Shown here: positions 47,359 to 57,178 of the stretch, piece by piece
Layout: each line of letters begins with the position of its first letter
Position numbering within the stretch: position 1 is the stretch's first letter
Origin: an uncultured Nanoarchaeota archaeon
GTDB taxonomy: Archaea > Nanobdellota > Nanobdellia > Pacearchaeales > GW2011-AR1
Direction: 5' to 3'
NCBI GenBank assembly: GCA_963743615.1
Contig: CAVUQF010000002.1
Span: 129,697-193,696 of the forward strand
DNA: 64,000 nt
Made by a program: the position numbers and the translations under genes
The notes under the pieces: model-generated
Seen by the model: the letters and a program-made list of their open reading frames with translations, nothing else
Told to the model about the DNA's origin: nothing
The model's database searches: none

Positions 47359-48282
47359 TTATTTATTCACGGTTAAGTTTATCTGGTTATTGCTATTATT
47401 TAACTCCGTAAAGTTAGATTGTATTGTGTATTCAAGATCGTTTACATTTATCTCTGGAATGAATATGTTTTTGAAAACAAAATTAATACCTCCTCCAATA
47501 TCTATTGGATTCATTGTTTCTTGCTCAATCTGATTTCCATCAGCAGAGATTATAACTTCTGACTGTGGAGCGTCTACTAATCCATTATTAGAAACACTAA
47601 AATTAGTATCAAGATATCTGCCGTGGATAAATGCGGAAATATTTGTGAAAAGTAAGTCTGGGTAGGAAGAGATTGAATAAAGATTATTTATTAAGTTTGG
47701 AATATCTTGACCGATTGTTTCATCGCAGCTTGTAACGGGATACATTATATTATTAGGATTTGAAGAATGCATAAATCCAAGAGCATGCAGAAGTTCATGA
47801 ATTGCAATATTGGGGTTGGGACATTCTGAATCTCTTAAGAGAAGTACTTTTCCTTGTGTTATAATATTATAAGGTCCTGATTGGGTTATATTGACTGGCC
47901 CTCCCTCTCCAGCTATGAAATAAGTTTCATTTACAATAACTTTCTCATCGCAGGTGACCGAAATTTCAGGATCAACATCAGTTTGATAAAAAGTTAGGCT
48001 AGTTACATTCTCAATTGCGCTAAATGCTCTTTTCATATCATCTTGCCTCTGGAGGCTGCAAACACTTGAATTTATACTATACGAAATATTTGAGGAAGGA
48101 TATCTTAAATTGGGATAAAATTGCATTTGTGAACTAGATAGATTTAAGCTAAAATTTGAATTAACATTCGAGAAATACTGATTCGAACTAATCGGACCAA
48201 ACCAGTACACGGCTAGTAAGCCAAAAATCAGCAGGGCAAATAAAAAGCCCAATATTGCCTTAATCCATTTCATTTTCAGCAA
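47359..48282 (-). CDS. Membrane-anchored metzincin-like zinc metalloprotease
   Basis: An N-terminal TM is followed by HELLHALGFMHS (HExxHxxGxxH) and a downstream NIMYP Met-turn. Confidence 0.65.
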   Translation of the reverse strand: MLKMKWIKAILGFLFALLIFGLLAVYWFGPISSNQYFSNVNSNFSLNLSSSQMQFYPNLRYPSSNISYSINSSVCSLQRQDDMKRAFSAIENVTSLTFYQTDVDPEISVTCDEKVIVNETYFIAGEGGPVNITQSGPYNIITQGKVLLLRDSECPNPNIAIHELLHALGFMHSSNPNNIMYPVTSCDETIGQDIPNLINNLYSISSYPDLLFTNISAFIHGRYLDTNFSVSNNGLVDAPQSEVIISADGNQIEQETMNPIDIGGGINFVFKNIFIPEINVNDLEYTIQSNFTELNNSNNQINLTVNK

Positions 48283-48737
48283 AGATTAGACTTTGAAACC
48301 TCTTCCAAATTGCCGTCGGATTTGCATATAAACACATATGGAGATTTTGTTCCGCTAGAGCTATCCAATCTTGTTGCAACCAAAACAATAGGGTAAGAAG
48401 TCACATTATAATTTGAAATATTTCCTGATTGTACAGAGCTTTTCCAAGTTGAAAGAAAGCTATTTGCATCATCAGCGGTTTGAGCCTGAGAATCATTTAG
48501 TATTGTAACATTGGAATCATACTTGGAGTTTATTATTGCTGAACAATCATCAACTTTCTGTATGCATGCCTGAACAGAACTATTTGAACTGCTTAAACTA
48601 AAATTTCCAAGATTAGGAAGAGACAAATGAATTAATCCCTGGCTATTTGCATAGATTACCACACAAACAATTATTATCAGAACTATTATCCATATCCCGC
48701 CGCTTCTTCTTTGATAATATTGACCTTTCTTGTACAT
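48276..48737 (-). CDS. Membrane-anchored extracellular protein, hypothetical (overlaps protease start by 7 nt)
   Basis: An N-terminal TM and an S/N-rich ectodomain. The overlap suggests translational coupling. Confidence 0.4.
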   Translation of the reverse strand: MYKKGQYYQRRSGGIWIIVLIIIVCVVIYANSQGLIHLSLPNLGNFSLSSSNSSVQACIQKVDDCSAIINSKYDSNVTILNDSQAQTADDANSFLSTWKSSVQSGNISNYNVTSYPIVLVATRLDSSSGTKSPYVFICKSDGNLEEVSKSNLC

Positions 48738-48775
48738 AATCTGAGAAGTTAAGCTGTAATTATAAATATTATGAT

Positions 48776-49387
48776 TTAATCGGGGACATCATAATCATTA
48801 TATCTTGGAGCAGGCTTGGATGAAGTCTTGCTTGGAGCTTCCTTTATCTTGATATACTTATCTATCATTCCTAATGTCTTGTACAGATCCATCAACTTTT
48901 TATTTGCAAACTCCTTCTCTGAATCAGAAATCTTCATTGTAAGAAGTTTCTCATACACTTCTGCCGCTTTGCTTCTTCTTTTCTCTTTCTCATAAAGATC
49001 GGCCTGTCTTTTATAGAAATCTATAATTGAAGCAGTCACTTTTGCCTTGTCTGTGAATTTTACAGTCTCGCTGATAAGTTTGTTCATGGTCAAATCTGCC
49101 ATATCAAAAAACCCTGATCGAACATAATTCTCAACCTGCTTTGCAAGATATCCTGATCTTTCCGAAGAATTCATCGAAATCTCTGCAAGCTTTCCATACA
49201 AATCTGCAGCCTCTGAAAACATTTTTCTATTCTCATAGATTAAAACAAGTTTCATGAGAGAAAATTTCTTTACATCCAAAGGTAGATTCTCTTTTAAAAA
49301 TCTCCTCAAACTATCTATCTGAACATAGTCTCCTTTTCCCTGAAGCTCTTTTTCAACCTCAGACTTGCTCATTTCTTTTTTCAACAT
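48776..49387 (-). CDS. Hypothetical helical protein
   Basis: A 203-aa ORF with helical-repeat-like composition. Confidence 0.4.
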   Translation of the reverse strand: MLKKEMSKSEVEKELQGKGDYVQIDSLRRFLKENLPLDVKKFSLMKLVLIYENRKMFSEAADLYGKLAEISMNSSERSGYLAKQVENYVRSGFFDMADLTMNKLISETVKFTDKAKVTASIIDFYKRQADLYEKEKRRSKAAEVYEKLLTMKISDSEKEFANKKLMDLYKTLGMIDKYIKIKEAPSKTSSKPAPRYNDYDVPD

Positions 49388-49445
49388 ATTAGATTGAACA
49401 AAAATAGGTATTTAAGGATTATTGCCAAATTAAGTATATTAACAA

Positions 49446-50285
49446 TCAAAATCTTTCAAGTCTTATCTTCCCTTCTTGCCACTCTCTCAGTATATGTTTG
49501 GCGGTTCTTATCTCATCTACAACATTACTTTTTTTTAGATATTTGAGCTTTTTCCCAAGTGATTCAATCAAAAGCTCAGAATCTCCCTTTGCGTTGATAT
49601 TGTAATGCTTTTCAAGAAGATTTGGATACTCTTTCATTATACTATTTATCACAATATCAGGATCTCTTATTCTATTCCAATCAATTGCTCCAATCTGAGA
49701 GTGCCTTACAGTACTTTCTCGATTCATTAACAGCTTTTCTTCAAACTGGATTATCCCAGGAGTGTCAATGAGATAAATCCCTTTGGAAAGCCTTATTTTT
49801 TGTATTGATTTTGTAAATCCCGCAATGGAAGAGACTTTTGCGGATGGTTTTCCTATAAGTACGTTTATCAGAGAACTCTTGCCCGTATTGGGATATCCTA
49901 TAATTCCAACATTAACCGCATCTTTCTTTATTTTTTTTGCTTCTCTCTTGATGAAATTCCTCAGAATAGCAGTTCCCTTTCTCTCTTTTGATGAGAAGAA
50001 GATATGAGGATTAATATCTTTCAATTCTAACTGCCTTTCAACTTCCTGTTTGTTGACGAGATCAGATTTATTCAGAACAAAAATTATTCTTTTTCCCATA
50101 TCTGTTATCCTTTTTTCTATGTCTTTGTGTCTGGTTTTTTCAATAAATCTAGCATCAAGAATTTCTAGTATTATATCTGACTGTTCTATAATATTCTTAA
50201 TCATAAGGAGAATAGGCTCTTTATGCTTGTTAGTAGAATTGCTTTTTCCTCTTTGTTTCTTCGCCTTCCCGAGTGTATTTGCCAT
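49446..50285 (-). CDS. Circularly permuted GTPase (YlqF/RbgA/Nug1-like ribosome biogenesis GTPase)
   Basis: G4 (NKSDL) precedes G1 (GYPNTGKSSLIN), and DTPGI (G3) follows. This is the permuted motif order. Confidence 0.75.
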   Translation of the reverse strand: MANTLGKAKKQRGKSNSTNKHKEPILLMIKNIIEQSDIILEILDARFIEKTRHKDIEKRITDMGKRIIFVLNKSDLVNKQEVERQLELKDINPHIFFSSKERKGTAILRNFIKREAKKIKKDAVNVGIIGYPNTGKSSLINVLIGKPSAKVSSIAGFTKSIQKIRLSKGIYLIDTPGIIQFEEKLLMNRESTVRHSQIGAIDWNRIRDPDIVINSIMKEYPNLLEKHYNINAKGDSELLIESLGKKLKYLKKSNVVDEIRTAKHILREWQEGKIRLERF

Positions 50286-50307
50286 AGTTTATTATAGGAA
50301 TAATAGT

Positions 50308-51177
50308 TTAAAAATTAGAAGAACATGTTGCTCCGGAAGGACATCCGCAAATGGAACACTTATAAGAAAAATAATTAAGAGAATTTATTCCAAGAACAGT
50401 ATTGCAATAATATGGTTTATCTGGGGAACATTGATTAACAGGAGTTCCATCAGAACAGGTTGATGAAGATGAAGTTGACGAGGGAGTATTGGCAGTTGAA
50501 CCAGATGAAGGATTATTTCCTTCAGAAGACTGTGAATTTGTACATTGATAGGTAGCATTGCATGTCTGATCACCATCACAGCATGAAGAACCGCAAGCTG
50601 TCTGTCCAAGGCCCGTGCATACCGCAGGAAGGCAATATCCATTACTGCATCCATTAGGGCAAATATAAGTGCTCATATCAACATTCATACCCGAGCAGTA
50701 ATATTTATCCAGAGTTTTCCCATCAGAAAGACATGCATCTGTGCCAGAACCATAAGGTCCATTTACTGCCCCTCCGACATAATAGTTCAACGTACCGTCA
50801 GGCAAAGCAGGAACAGAAGCAGTGCACACATTAGAAACAATTGCGAAAGTGGAATTAACCCAGCCAGCATTTGAAGGATCCTGTGAAAAAACGGAAATCA
50901 GATAATTCCCAACGGGAAAAGAGTCTGAAGAAAAAGTGTAAGAATAAGTATTTGGCTTGCAAACATTGCTGCATCCTAAATCTAGATTTACATTAACAGG
51001 GGTGGTAGAGCCTTGTGGATAAAAATAAACATAGTTGTTATAGCTTGACAGACTGATAGTTATATTTGCTGAACTGCCCTCAACTATCGAAGAAGGAAGA
51101 CTTATTCCTGATGCAGAAATATAACCTAAGGAAATAATAAGGATCGTTCCAAGAAGAAATAATTTTGGATTTAGCAT
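50308..51177 (-). CDS. Secreted cysteine-rich protein
   Basis: A signal peptide and more than 30 Cys in the C-terminal half (CSNGYC, CGSSCCDGDQTC, CSICGCPSGATC). Confidence 0.5.
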   Translation of the reverse strand: MLNPKLFLLGTILIISLGYISASGISLPSSIVEGSSANITISLSSYNNYVYFYPQGSTTPVNVNLDLGCSNVCKPNTYSYTFSSDSFPVGNYLISVFSQDPSNAGWVNSTFAIVSNVCTASVPALPDGTLNYYVGGAVNGPYGSGTDACLSDGKTLDKYYCSGMNVDMSTYICPNGCSNGYCLPAVCTGLGQTACGSSCCDGDQTCNATYQCTNSQSSEGNNPSSGSTANTPSSTSSSSTCSDGTPVNQCSPDKPYYCNTVLGINSLNYFSYKCSICGCPSGATCSSNF

Positions 51178-51677
51178 AAGGTTATATCTCCTGCCTTAAT
51201 CACCTGCTCTTCTTCATAACAATTAACATTCTGACCGTTTAGTTCCACTTGAGGAGAAACATGAACTTCAGTTATTGGGCTGGTGTTTGATAAAAAGTCA
51301 GAAGTAAGCTGCTTTCCTCCAGGAATAGAAGGAGCTTCACTGTAAGGAATGGTTGAGATTATTGTTGAGTTCCCAGATTCTTCATCAACTACCAGCAAAA
51401 AGCTGGAAATGTTTTCGGACGCATCATTCTCCACGTCAAATCTGATACGAGTAGACCACTCTTGAGTATTGGTATTAACATTTGTTGTCAAAACGGTGCT
51501 ATAACAAAAATCAGCAGAAATGAACTGGGTACTGGAACAAATTTGCTCAGAAGATCCTTGTGTAGATGTCTTTGAAAGATAAGCTCTCGACCATACAAAA
51601 AATCCAACGCCGAGGAAGACAGTAAGGGCAACAAGAAGCAAAACTGCGATAACAGGATCAACACCTCTTTCATCCAT
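51171..51677 (-). CDS. Archaeal pilin-like protein (class III signal peptide)
   Basis: The N-terminus is MDERGVDPVIAVLLLVALTVFLGVGFFVW. Confidence 0.5.
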   Translation of the reverse strand: MDERGVDPVIAVLLLVALTVFLGVGFFVWSRAYLSKTSTQGSSEQICSSTQFISADFCYSTVLTTNVNTNTQEWSTRIRFDVENDASENISSFLLVVDEESGNSTIISTIPYSEAPSIPGGKQLTSDFLSNTSPITEVHVSPQVELNGQNVNCYEEEQVIKAGDITLC

Positions 51678-51717
51678 GCGACAACTATAAGAAATTACTT
51701 TATAATCTTTTTTATAA

Positions 51718-54438
51718 TCAATCTGTTAAGGTTAGATTATCCAAATCAGCGTAAGTTCCATTTGGCTGTCTGAACTGAGGAAGATTAAGTATGTCCGAAG
51801 GATAAGTTGTCTTCCAGATTTTTAGTGGAGCAAGTAAATTTCCCTGGTAGTACAGGAAATCTCCCACATTAATTCCATGACTTCTCAATTCAGTTACGAT
51901 ATTATTTTCCTGAATGTTCGCAAGACTAAATGTTGTATACTGCTTATAAGGATCATTCATCAAGTATAATCTTGCATACAAAGTCTGCTGAACTTTTGGA
52001 GAAAGGTAAATTCCCGCACCAATTGGATCAACCTGAACCTGCCCGTTTTGTGAGACATTTAAGCTTGGAATAATCATAAAAGTAGCATTTATCCCACTTC
52101 CAAAATCTTCCATGGTGTTGTTATAATAAACATATCTCATTGGAAGAGCATACCTTTGATTATTGTAATAAAATACTGCCTGAGGCTGTTGAATCCCTAT
52201 GGAACCATTGGTTTGCAAATAAGTGATCGTTGCCCCAATTACATACGAACCATAACCAGACACCTGTCCGTTCGAGGAAGATGGTCCAGGCAAGAAAGTT
52301 CCCTGATAAACTATATCCTGATCAACAAATGTCTCGCCTGCATAGGCTCTTAATGTTCCGTTGCCGGTGTTATAATCTTGGCTAGGATCTGCAGCCATAA
52401 CTGTTGGGGAAGCAAGCCTGTCAATTCCAGATGCATCGCTTCCTATACTTGAAAATGCAGAATACTTTCCAAAATCAGTAAAATCAATCAGAAGATAAGA
52501 GACATTCTGGGATTTCATGAACGCGAATGCAGTATTTGGATTTGGTGTAGTAAGAACATATCTTCCCATCAAATGATCCCAATATGAATCATAATTACCT
52601 CCATCCAGCACCGTTGGTCTCAGCCCAATTGTCTGCAGAATATACCCATAATCCCACCAATGAAGGAAAACACTTCCAATAGGAGTATCATTTCTAACCC
52701 AAGCCATTGCATTTTCCCACTGATCATTCAATAAAGAACCAACTTGTGTTGCCTGCTGTGAAGAAAGCACATAGGAACCAGCACTCTGTGTCAAGGGATT
52801 TCCAGCCAGATAGACAAATGATAATAATAAAGCTATAATCAACAGCCCACCCGTGATATATACTCTTTCATGTCCTTTTGCCTTTTTAGTATATTCAGCA
52901 GTTTTCACAACCAGATACGCTCCTGCAAGAGCCATAAATGGAGCTAGCATAAATACTGTTCTTGCGGCTGCTCTAACAGTTACTAGCATAATCATCATAA
53001 AGCAGAAGATGAAAATCGTTGAATTATCAAGCTTATGCTTTCCCTTATAATACATCCACAACAAGCAAAAAACAAGAATTGCAAAACTTAGGAAGTAAAT
53101 TGATTGACTTAGGAAGCTTACTCCATTAAGAATAGTGCTCGATGGAGAATATCTGCTGTATAATATTCCTACAACTGCAGCAATTCCTGCAATAGATAGC
53201 CAGACTCTATGTTTGACAGACTTAATTCCCTTTGTCATCTCAATGCAAATTATCGCCGTGCCAAGAAGGAACAGCCAAAAGAAAGAAAGAAGTACCTGCG
53301 ACTGAACATCTGTGAGGTAAGGCTGTGCATAGTAAGCCACGGTCAAACCGACCCTGCTCGTTCCGATAGGATGCAACAGCGACTGATAAATACTTGATAT
53401 TAAACTAAAACCTCCTTTTCCTTCAGCAGTCAATCCTAAAAATCCAAGAACTACCGTTACCACCCCAGAAATAGCCAACCTGAACTTTGATTTCTCCACA
53501 GACTTAGAATAACCCAAAATGCTGTCAACAAGTATGAACAAGAATACAATAGGCACAAGAGCTCCAGCAGATCCTGAAAAGACGGTGATTAAATTAGAGG
53601 GGGTGGAATGAACCAGTAAAGTTCCAAGTATTGCGCTCACTACCCACACAAAATAAAACACAATCAGCTTAGATTTTAATTTTATCTCTTCTCCTTCAAT
53701 ATTAAAGAGGTAATACAGGAATAGTGCAAGAGGCAAAATAAGGAATATGAAATTTATTGTTCCTCCCCATGATGCAAAAGATACCGCAGTAAGTAATCCT
53801 ATAACAATACTCCAAATAACAGTTTGCTTCCAGTTTTTGTGGAATCCTTTCAATCCCAAGACAAACGTGAGGAAAACTGCAAACAGGAACATTATTCCAA
53901 GAGCTTCATGTCCAGATACTCCCGACATAGTTCTAAACAAATAGGCAGGAGAATAAGCTAAAAATGCGCTTGCAAGAATCGCGGCGGTCTTAGAATTCGT
54001 AAGTACATAAATCAGGAAAAAGAAAATTATCATTCCAATCAGAAAGGCATAAGCAGGATAAACTGCATCTACAAATTGATAAGTAATGTGGCTGTCAAAA
54101 GAGCTTACAAATTTGTACGCATCAACAACAACATAAACAAGAAGTTCATGGCTGTAAGTCACATTGAGAAAAGGATATCTCATGGTATCAATTCCGTTAA
54201 GATTACCTGTCTGAATAAGATGCCCTTCCAATCTTAGCCATAATAATGCATCAGGATCAGATAAAGTATAGTTGCCTGAAGTTGGATCTATAAGACCAGA
54301 AACATTTGAAAGCCTTATGCTTGTGGATGTAAAAAGAATAACAAGCAGAATTATCGCAGTTATAATCCATTGAACGTTCTTTTTGCTGAGAAATTTTTTT
54401 GATTTTTCATAAAAGTCCTTCGTCTGTTGGGAAACCAT
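51718..54438 (-). CDS. aglB: Oligosaccharyltransferase AglB (STT3 family)
   Basis: A multi-pass N-terminal membrane domain (about 13 TM) is followed by a C-terminal soluble domain carrying the hallmark WWDYG motif (FLHWWDYGYIL). The protein is 906 aa. Confidence 0.9.
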   Translation of the reverse strand: MVSQQTKDFYEKSKKFLSKKNVQWIITAIILLVILFTSTSIRLSNVSGLIDPTSGNYTLSDPDALLWLRLEGHLIQTGNLNGIDTMRYPFLNVTYSHELLVYVVVDAYKFVSSFDSHITYQFVDAVYPAYAFLIGMIIFFFLIYVLTNSKTAAILASAFLAYSPAYLFRTMSGVSGHEALGIMFLFAVFLTFVLGLKGFHKNWKQTVIWSIVIGLLTAVSFASWGGTINFIFLILPLALFLYYLFNIEGEEIKLKSKLIVFYFVWVVSAILGTLLVHSTPSNLITVFSGSAGALVPIVFLFILVDSILGYSKSVEKSKFRLAISGVVTVVLGFLGLTAEGKGGFSLISSIYQSLLHPIGTSRVGLTVAYYAQPYLTDVQSQVLLSFFWLFLLGTAIICIEMTKGIKSVKHRVWLSIAGIAAVVGILYSRYSPSSTILNGVSFLSQSIYFLSFAILVFCLLWMYYKGKHKLDNSTIFIFCFMMIMLVTVRAAARTVFMLAPFMALAGAYLVVKTAEYTKKAKGHERVYITGGLLIIALLLSFVYLAGNPLTQSAGSYVLSSQQATQVGSLLNDQWENAMAWVRNDTPIGSVFLHWWDYGYILQTIGLRPTVLDGGNYDSYWDHLMGRYVLTTPNPNTAFAFMKSQNVSYLLIDFTDFGKYSAFSSIGSDASGIDRLASPTVMAADPSQDYNTGNGTLRAYAGETFVDQDIVYQGTFLPGPSSSNGQVSGYGSYVIGATITYLQTNGSIGIQQPQAVFYYNNQRYALPMRYVYYNNTMEDFGSGINATFMIIPSLNVSQNGQVQVDPIGAGIYLSPKVQQTLYARLYLMNDPYKQYTTFSLANIQENNIVTELRSHGINVGDFLYYQGNLLAPLKIWKTTYPSDILNLPQFRQPNGTYADLDNLTLTD

Positions 54439-54488
54439 GAGACTTAATAGGAAATTAATTTAAAAATCTTCTGGATAACGAATGAACT

Positions 54489-55766
54489 TTATCTTCTTCT
54501 GAAATTTCTTCTTGGCTTATCTCTGCTATTTGGCCTAGATCTACTAAAACTTCTTTGTCCGCCTCTCCTTTGATGTCTTCCAGAATCTTCTCTTCTTGAG
54601 CCAGATCTGTCGCCTCTTGAAAAATTCCTTCCTCTAGACTCTGAAGTTGTTCCTATAAAATCAAACCTAGGGACTTTTTCGCAGCTGATCTTAAGGGAAG
54701 AATCTTTCAGAATATTCTTAAAATTCTCATAGTCCTTATTGGATAAAAGGCTTATAGCTTCCCCTTCCTCTCCTGCTCGTGCAGTCCTGCCAATTCTATG
54801 TATGTACTCATTGCTTGTAGCGGGAAGATCATAATTATAGACATGGCTTACATTTTTGATATCAAGACCTCTTGCTGCAACATCTGTGCAAACTAAAACA
54901 CTGGTTCTCTTTTCATGGAATTCTTTTAAGACTTTTATTCTTTTGTTCTGATCAAGCCCTCCATGGATTGCATTTGCATTGATGCCGTTCAGAACTAAGT
55001 TTTTAGCAATAAAATCAGTATTTCTTCTTGTGCTGCAGAAAACCATTACTGAATCTGCATTTTCTTCCTTCAATAGATGGAAAAGAAGGGAAAACTTATC
55101 TTTTGAATCAATATCATAATAAATCTGTCTTAATTTTGAGCTGTCAATGTAAGATTTAACTAATATTTTTGTAGCATCTTTCGTATACTTGCTTATAAAA
55201 TGGTTTATATCCTCTGAAATTGTAGCAGAAAACATCATTGTCTGTCTCTCTTTTGGGCAATCTTTCAGAATTTTTTCAATATCTCTATAAAAACCCATAT
55301 CAAACATCCTGTCAACCTCGTCCAACACAAGGACTTTCACGTTTTTTAGTGTTAGAGTTTTTCTTTGCATATGATCCAGAATCCTTCCGGGAGTCCCGAC
55401 AACCACATCTGTTAAGGCAAGTTTTCTTATTTGCGATTCAATATTTACTCCGCCATAAACAGCCAGAACATTCAAATTTGTATTTTTTGAAAACTTTCTT
55501 ATCATTACTGAAACCTGCTCAGCAAGTTCTCTTGTGGGAGTCAATATAAGCGCTTGAACTTTCCTTGTCGGTTTTAAATTTTCAATAATTGAAGCTGAAA
55601 ATGCCAGCGTCTTTCCGCTTCCCGTAGCAGAACCTCCGACAATATCTTTTCCGGCAAGTGCTAAGGGAATTGCCTTCTCCTGAATCTCTGATGGAGATTC
55701 AAATCCTTCTTCTTTAATGATATTAAGCAAATTTTTGCTTAATCCAAGCTCTTCAAATTTCTTCAT
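54489..55766 (-). CDS. DEAD-box ATP-dependent RNA helicase with RG-rich C-terminal tail
   Basis: The motifs GSATGSGKTLAF (I), PTRELA (Ia), DEVD (II variant), SAT (III) and HRIGRTARAG (VI) are present. Confidence 0.85.
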   Translation of the reverse strand: MKKFEELGLSKNLLNIIKEEGFESPSEIQEKAIPLALAGKDIVGGSATGSGKTLAFSASIIENLKPTRKVQALILTPTRELAEQVSVMIRKFSKNTNLNVLAVYGGVNIESQIRKLALTDVVVGTPGRILDHMQRKTLTLKNVKVLVLDEVDRMFDMGFYRDIEKILKDCPKERQTMMFSATISEDINHFISKYTKDATKILVKSYIDSSKLRQIYYDIDSKDKFSLLFHLLKEENADSVMVFCSTRRNTDFIAKNLVLNGINANAIHGGLDQNKRIKVLKEFHEKRTSVLVCTDVAARGLDIKNVSHVYNYDLPATSNEYIHRIGRTARAGEEGEAISLLSNKDYENFKNILKDSSLKISCEKVPRFDFIGTTSESRGRNFSRGDRSGSRREDSGRHQRRGGQRSFSRSRPNSRDKPRRNFRRR

Positions 55767-55944
55767 TTTTACAATTTATTTGTTATCTGCAAGAATTCTA
55801 TCTTGAGTTAAAAGTCCTTTAGAACTAAGCCCAAGAACTTACCAAACATGTAAGCCTAACTATTTTGATTTATAAAGGTATGTTATTCAAAAAGACCCGA
55901 AATTAGTCTGTGGACTTAAGCTGCATAATCTTTATTATTCCAAA

Positions 55945-57114
55945 ATGCTAGCTGATACTATGTCAATAGTGGACTTTTTCAGGCGCAAAAGAAAGGCAGA
56001 GGAAACAACACAAAAAAAGTACACCCTAAAAGATCTTCCTTCTTTAATTGAAGAGGAAACCAAAATTCTTAATGACAAATCTGAAAGACTTAAAAATGAA
56101 CTGAAAAACATGATTCGCCAGATATCTTCAGAAATAAAGCAAAAAATTCCCAAACTGAAGGAACTTAGCCTTGATAAAAGGAAGGGGGAAGATCGGCTGA
56201 AGGAGATTGTTACCACAAGTCTTTATGATTATATTTCTTATCTTGAAAGACTAGTCGAAGATTTAGATAAAATAGAACCAATGGAAACAAGGCAGTATAT
56301 CAAAGAAGTGCAGTCCATTTTTAATCGTTTCAAGAAAAATTCAAGCATGATTTATGAAAGGGCAACCATTTTAATCGGGAAAGATCTTGCAGAAGTCCGT
56401 AATGTGATTGATGATTTTGCGAAAGAGTTTAATGAGAAACTGGCATTAAACAAGGAAAATTTTGAAAGAATGAATTTTATTAAAACTATCCAAGACAATT
56501 TGAATAAGCTAGAAGAGACAAAAGAAACACAAAGGCAAATTGAAGAATTTATAAGTGATTTTGAAAGGAAAATCGCCAAAATTGAAGAAGAAAAAGGGTT
56601 ATTTGAGAAAAAATATGAAGAATATCAAAAAAGTGACGAGTCAAAAAAATTTATTGAAGAGCAAAAAAAGATAGAACAAGAAAATAATGTTATAAACGAA
56701 GAAATAAAAAAATTTAAGCAAACTATTAACTTTAAGGATTTAGCAAAATATTTTCATGAAGACAAGAAAAAAAACAAGATAATAAAAGATTATTCTGATA
56801 ATTTTCAGAATTCCTTAAAGCAGGACAGCAACTTTAACATTATTGATATTTTGAAGGAAGCAAATCAGGATATAAGTAAAGAAAAAATAAGTGAATTAAG
56901 ACAAAAAGTTTTAGAAGAAAAAATCTTGAGTCTGGATAAAAAATTGAGGGAATTTGAAGAAAAAATAACTAAACTGGATCACGAATCAAAATATGAAAGA
57001 GAAGAGCTAGAACATGAAAAAGCTAAGGGACAAAAGTTTGAGGAAGATCAAAGGCAGATTCTTAAAAAAATAATGGAAGAATCAAAAAAAATCTGGCAAG
57101 AAATTGAATTTTAA
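55945..57114 (+). CDS. K/E-rich coiled-coil protein
   Basis: A 389-aa ORF with extended heptad character. Confidence 0.45.
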   Translation: MLADTMSIVDFFRRKRKAEETTQKKYTLKDLPSLIEEETKILNDKSERLKNELKNMIRQISSEIKQKIPKLKELSLDKRKGEDRLKEIVTTSLYDYISYLERLVEDLDKIEPMETRQYIKEVQSIFNRFKKNSSMIYERATILIGKDLAEVRNVIDDFAKEFNEKLALNKENFERMNFIKTIQDNLNKLEETKETQRQIEEFISDFERKIAKIEEEKGLFEKKYEEYQKSDESKKFIEEQKKIEQENNVINEEIKKFKQTINFKDLAKYFHEDKKKNKIIKDYSDNFQNSLKQDSNFNIIDILKEANQDISKEKISELRQKVLEEKILSLDKKLREFEEKITKLDHESKYEREELEHEKAKGQKFEEDQRQILKKIMEESKKIWQEIEF

Positions 57115-57178
57115 CGCTATTTGACGTAAACATTTTAATCCATAAAGTTTAAAAAAAATTATTACTTGTAAGATTATC

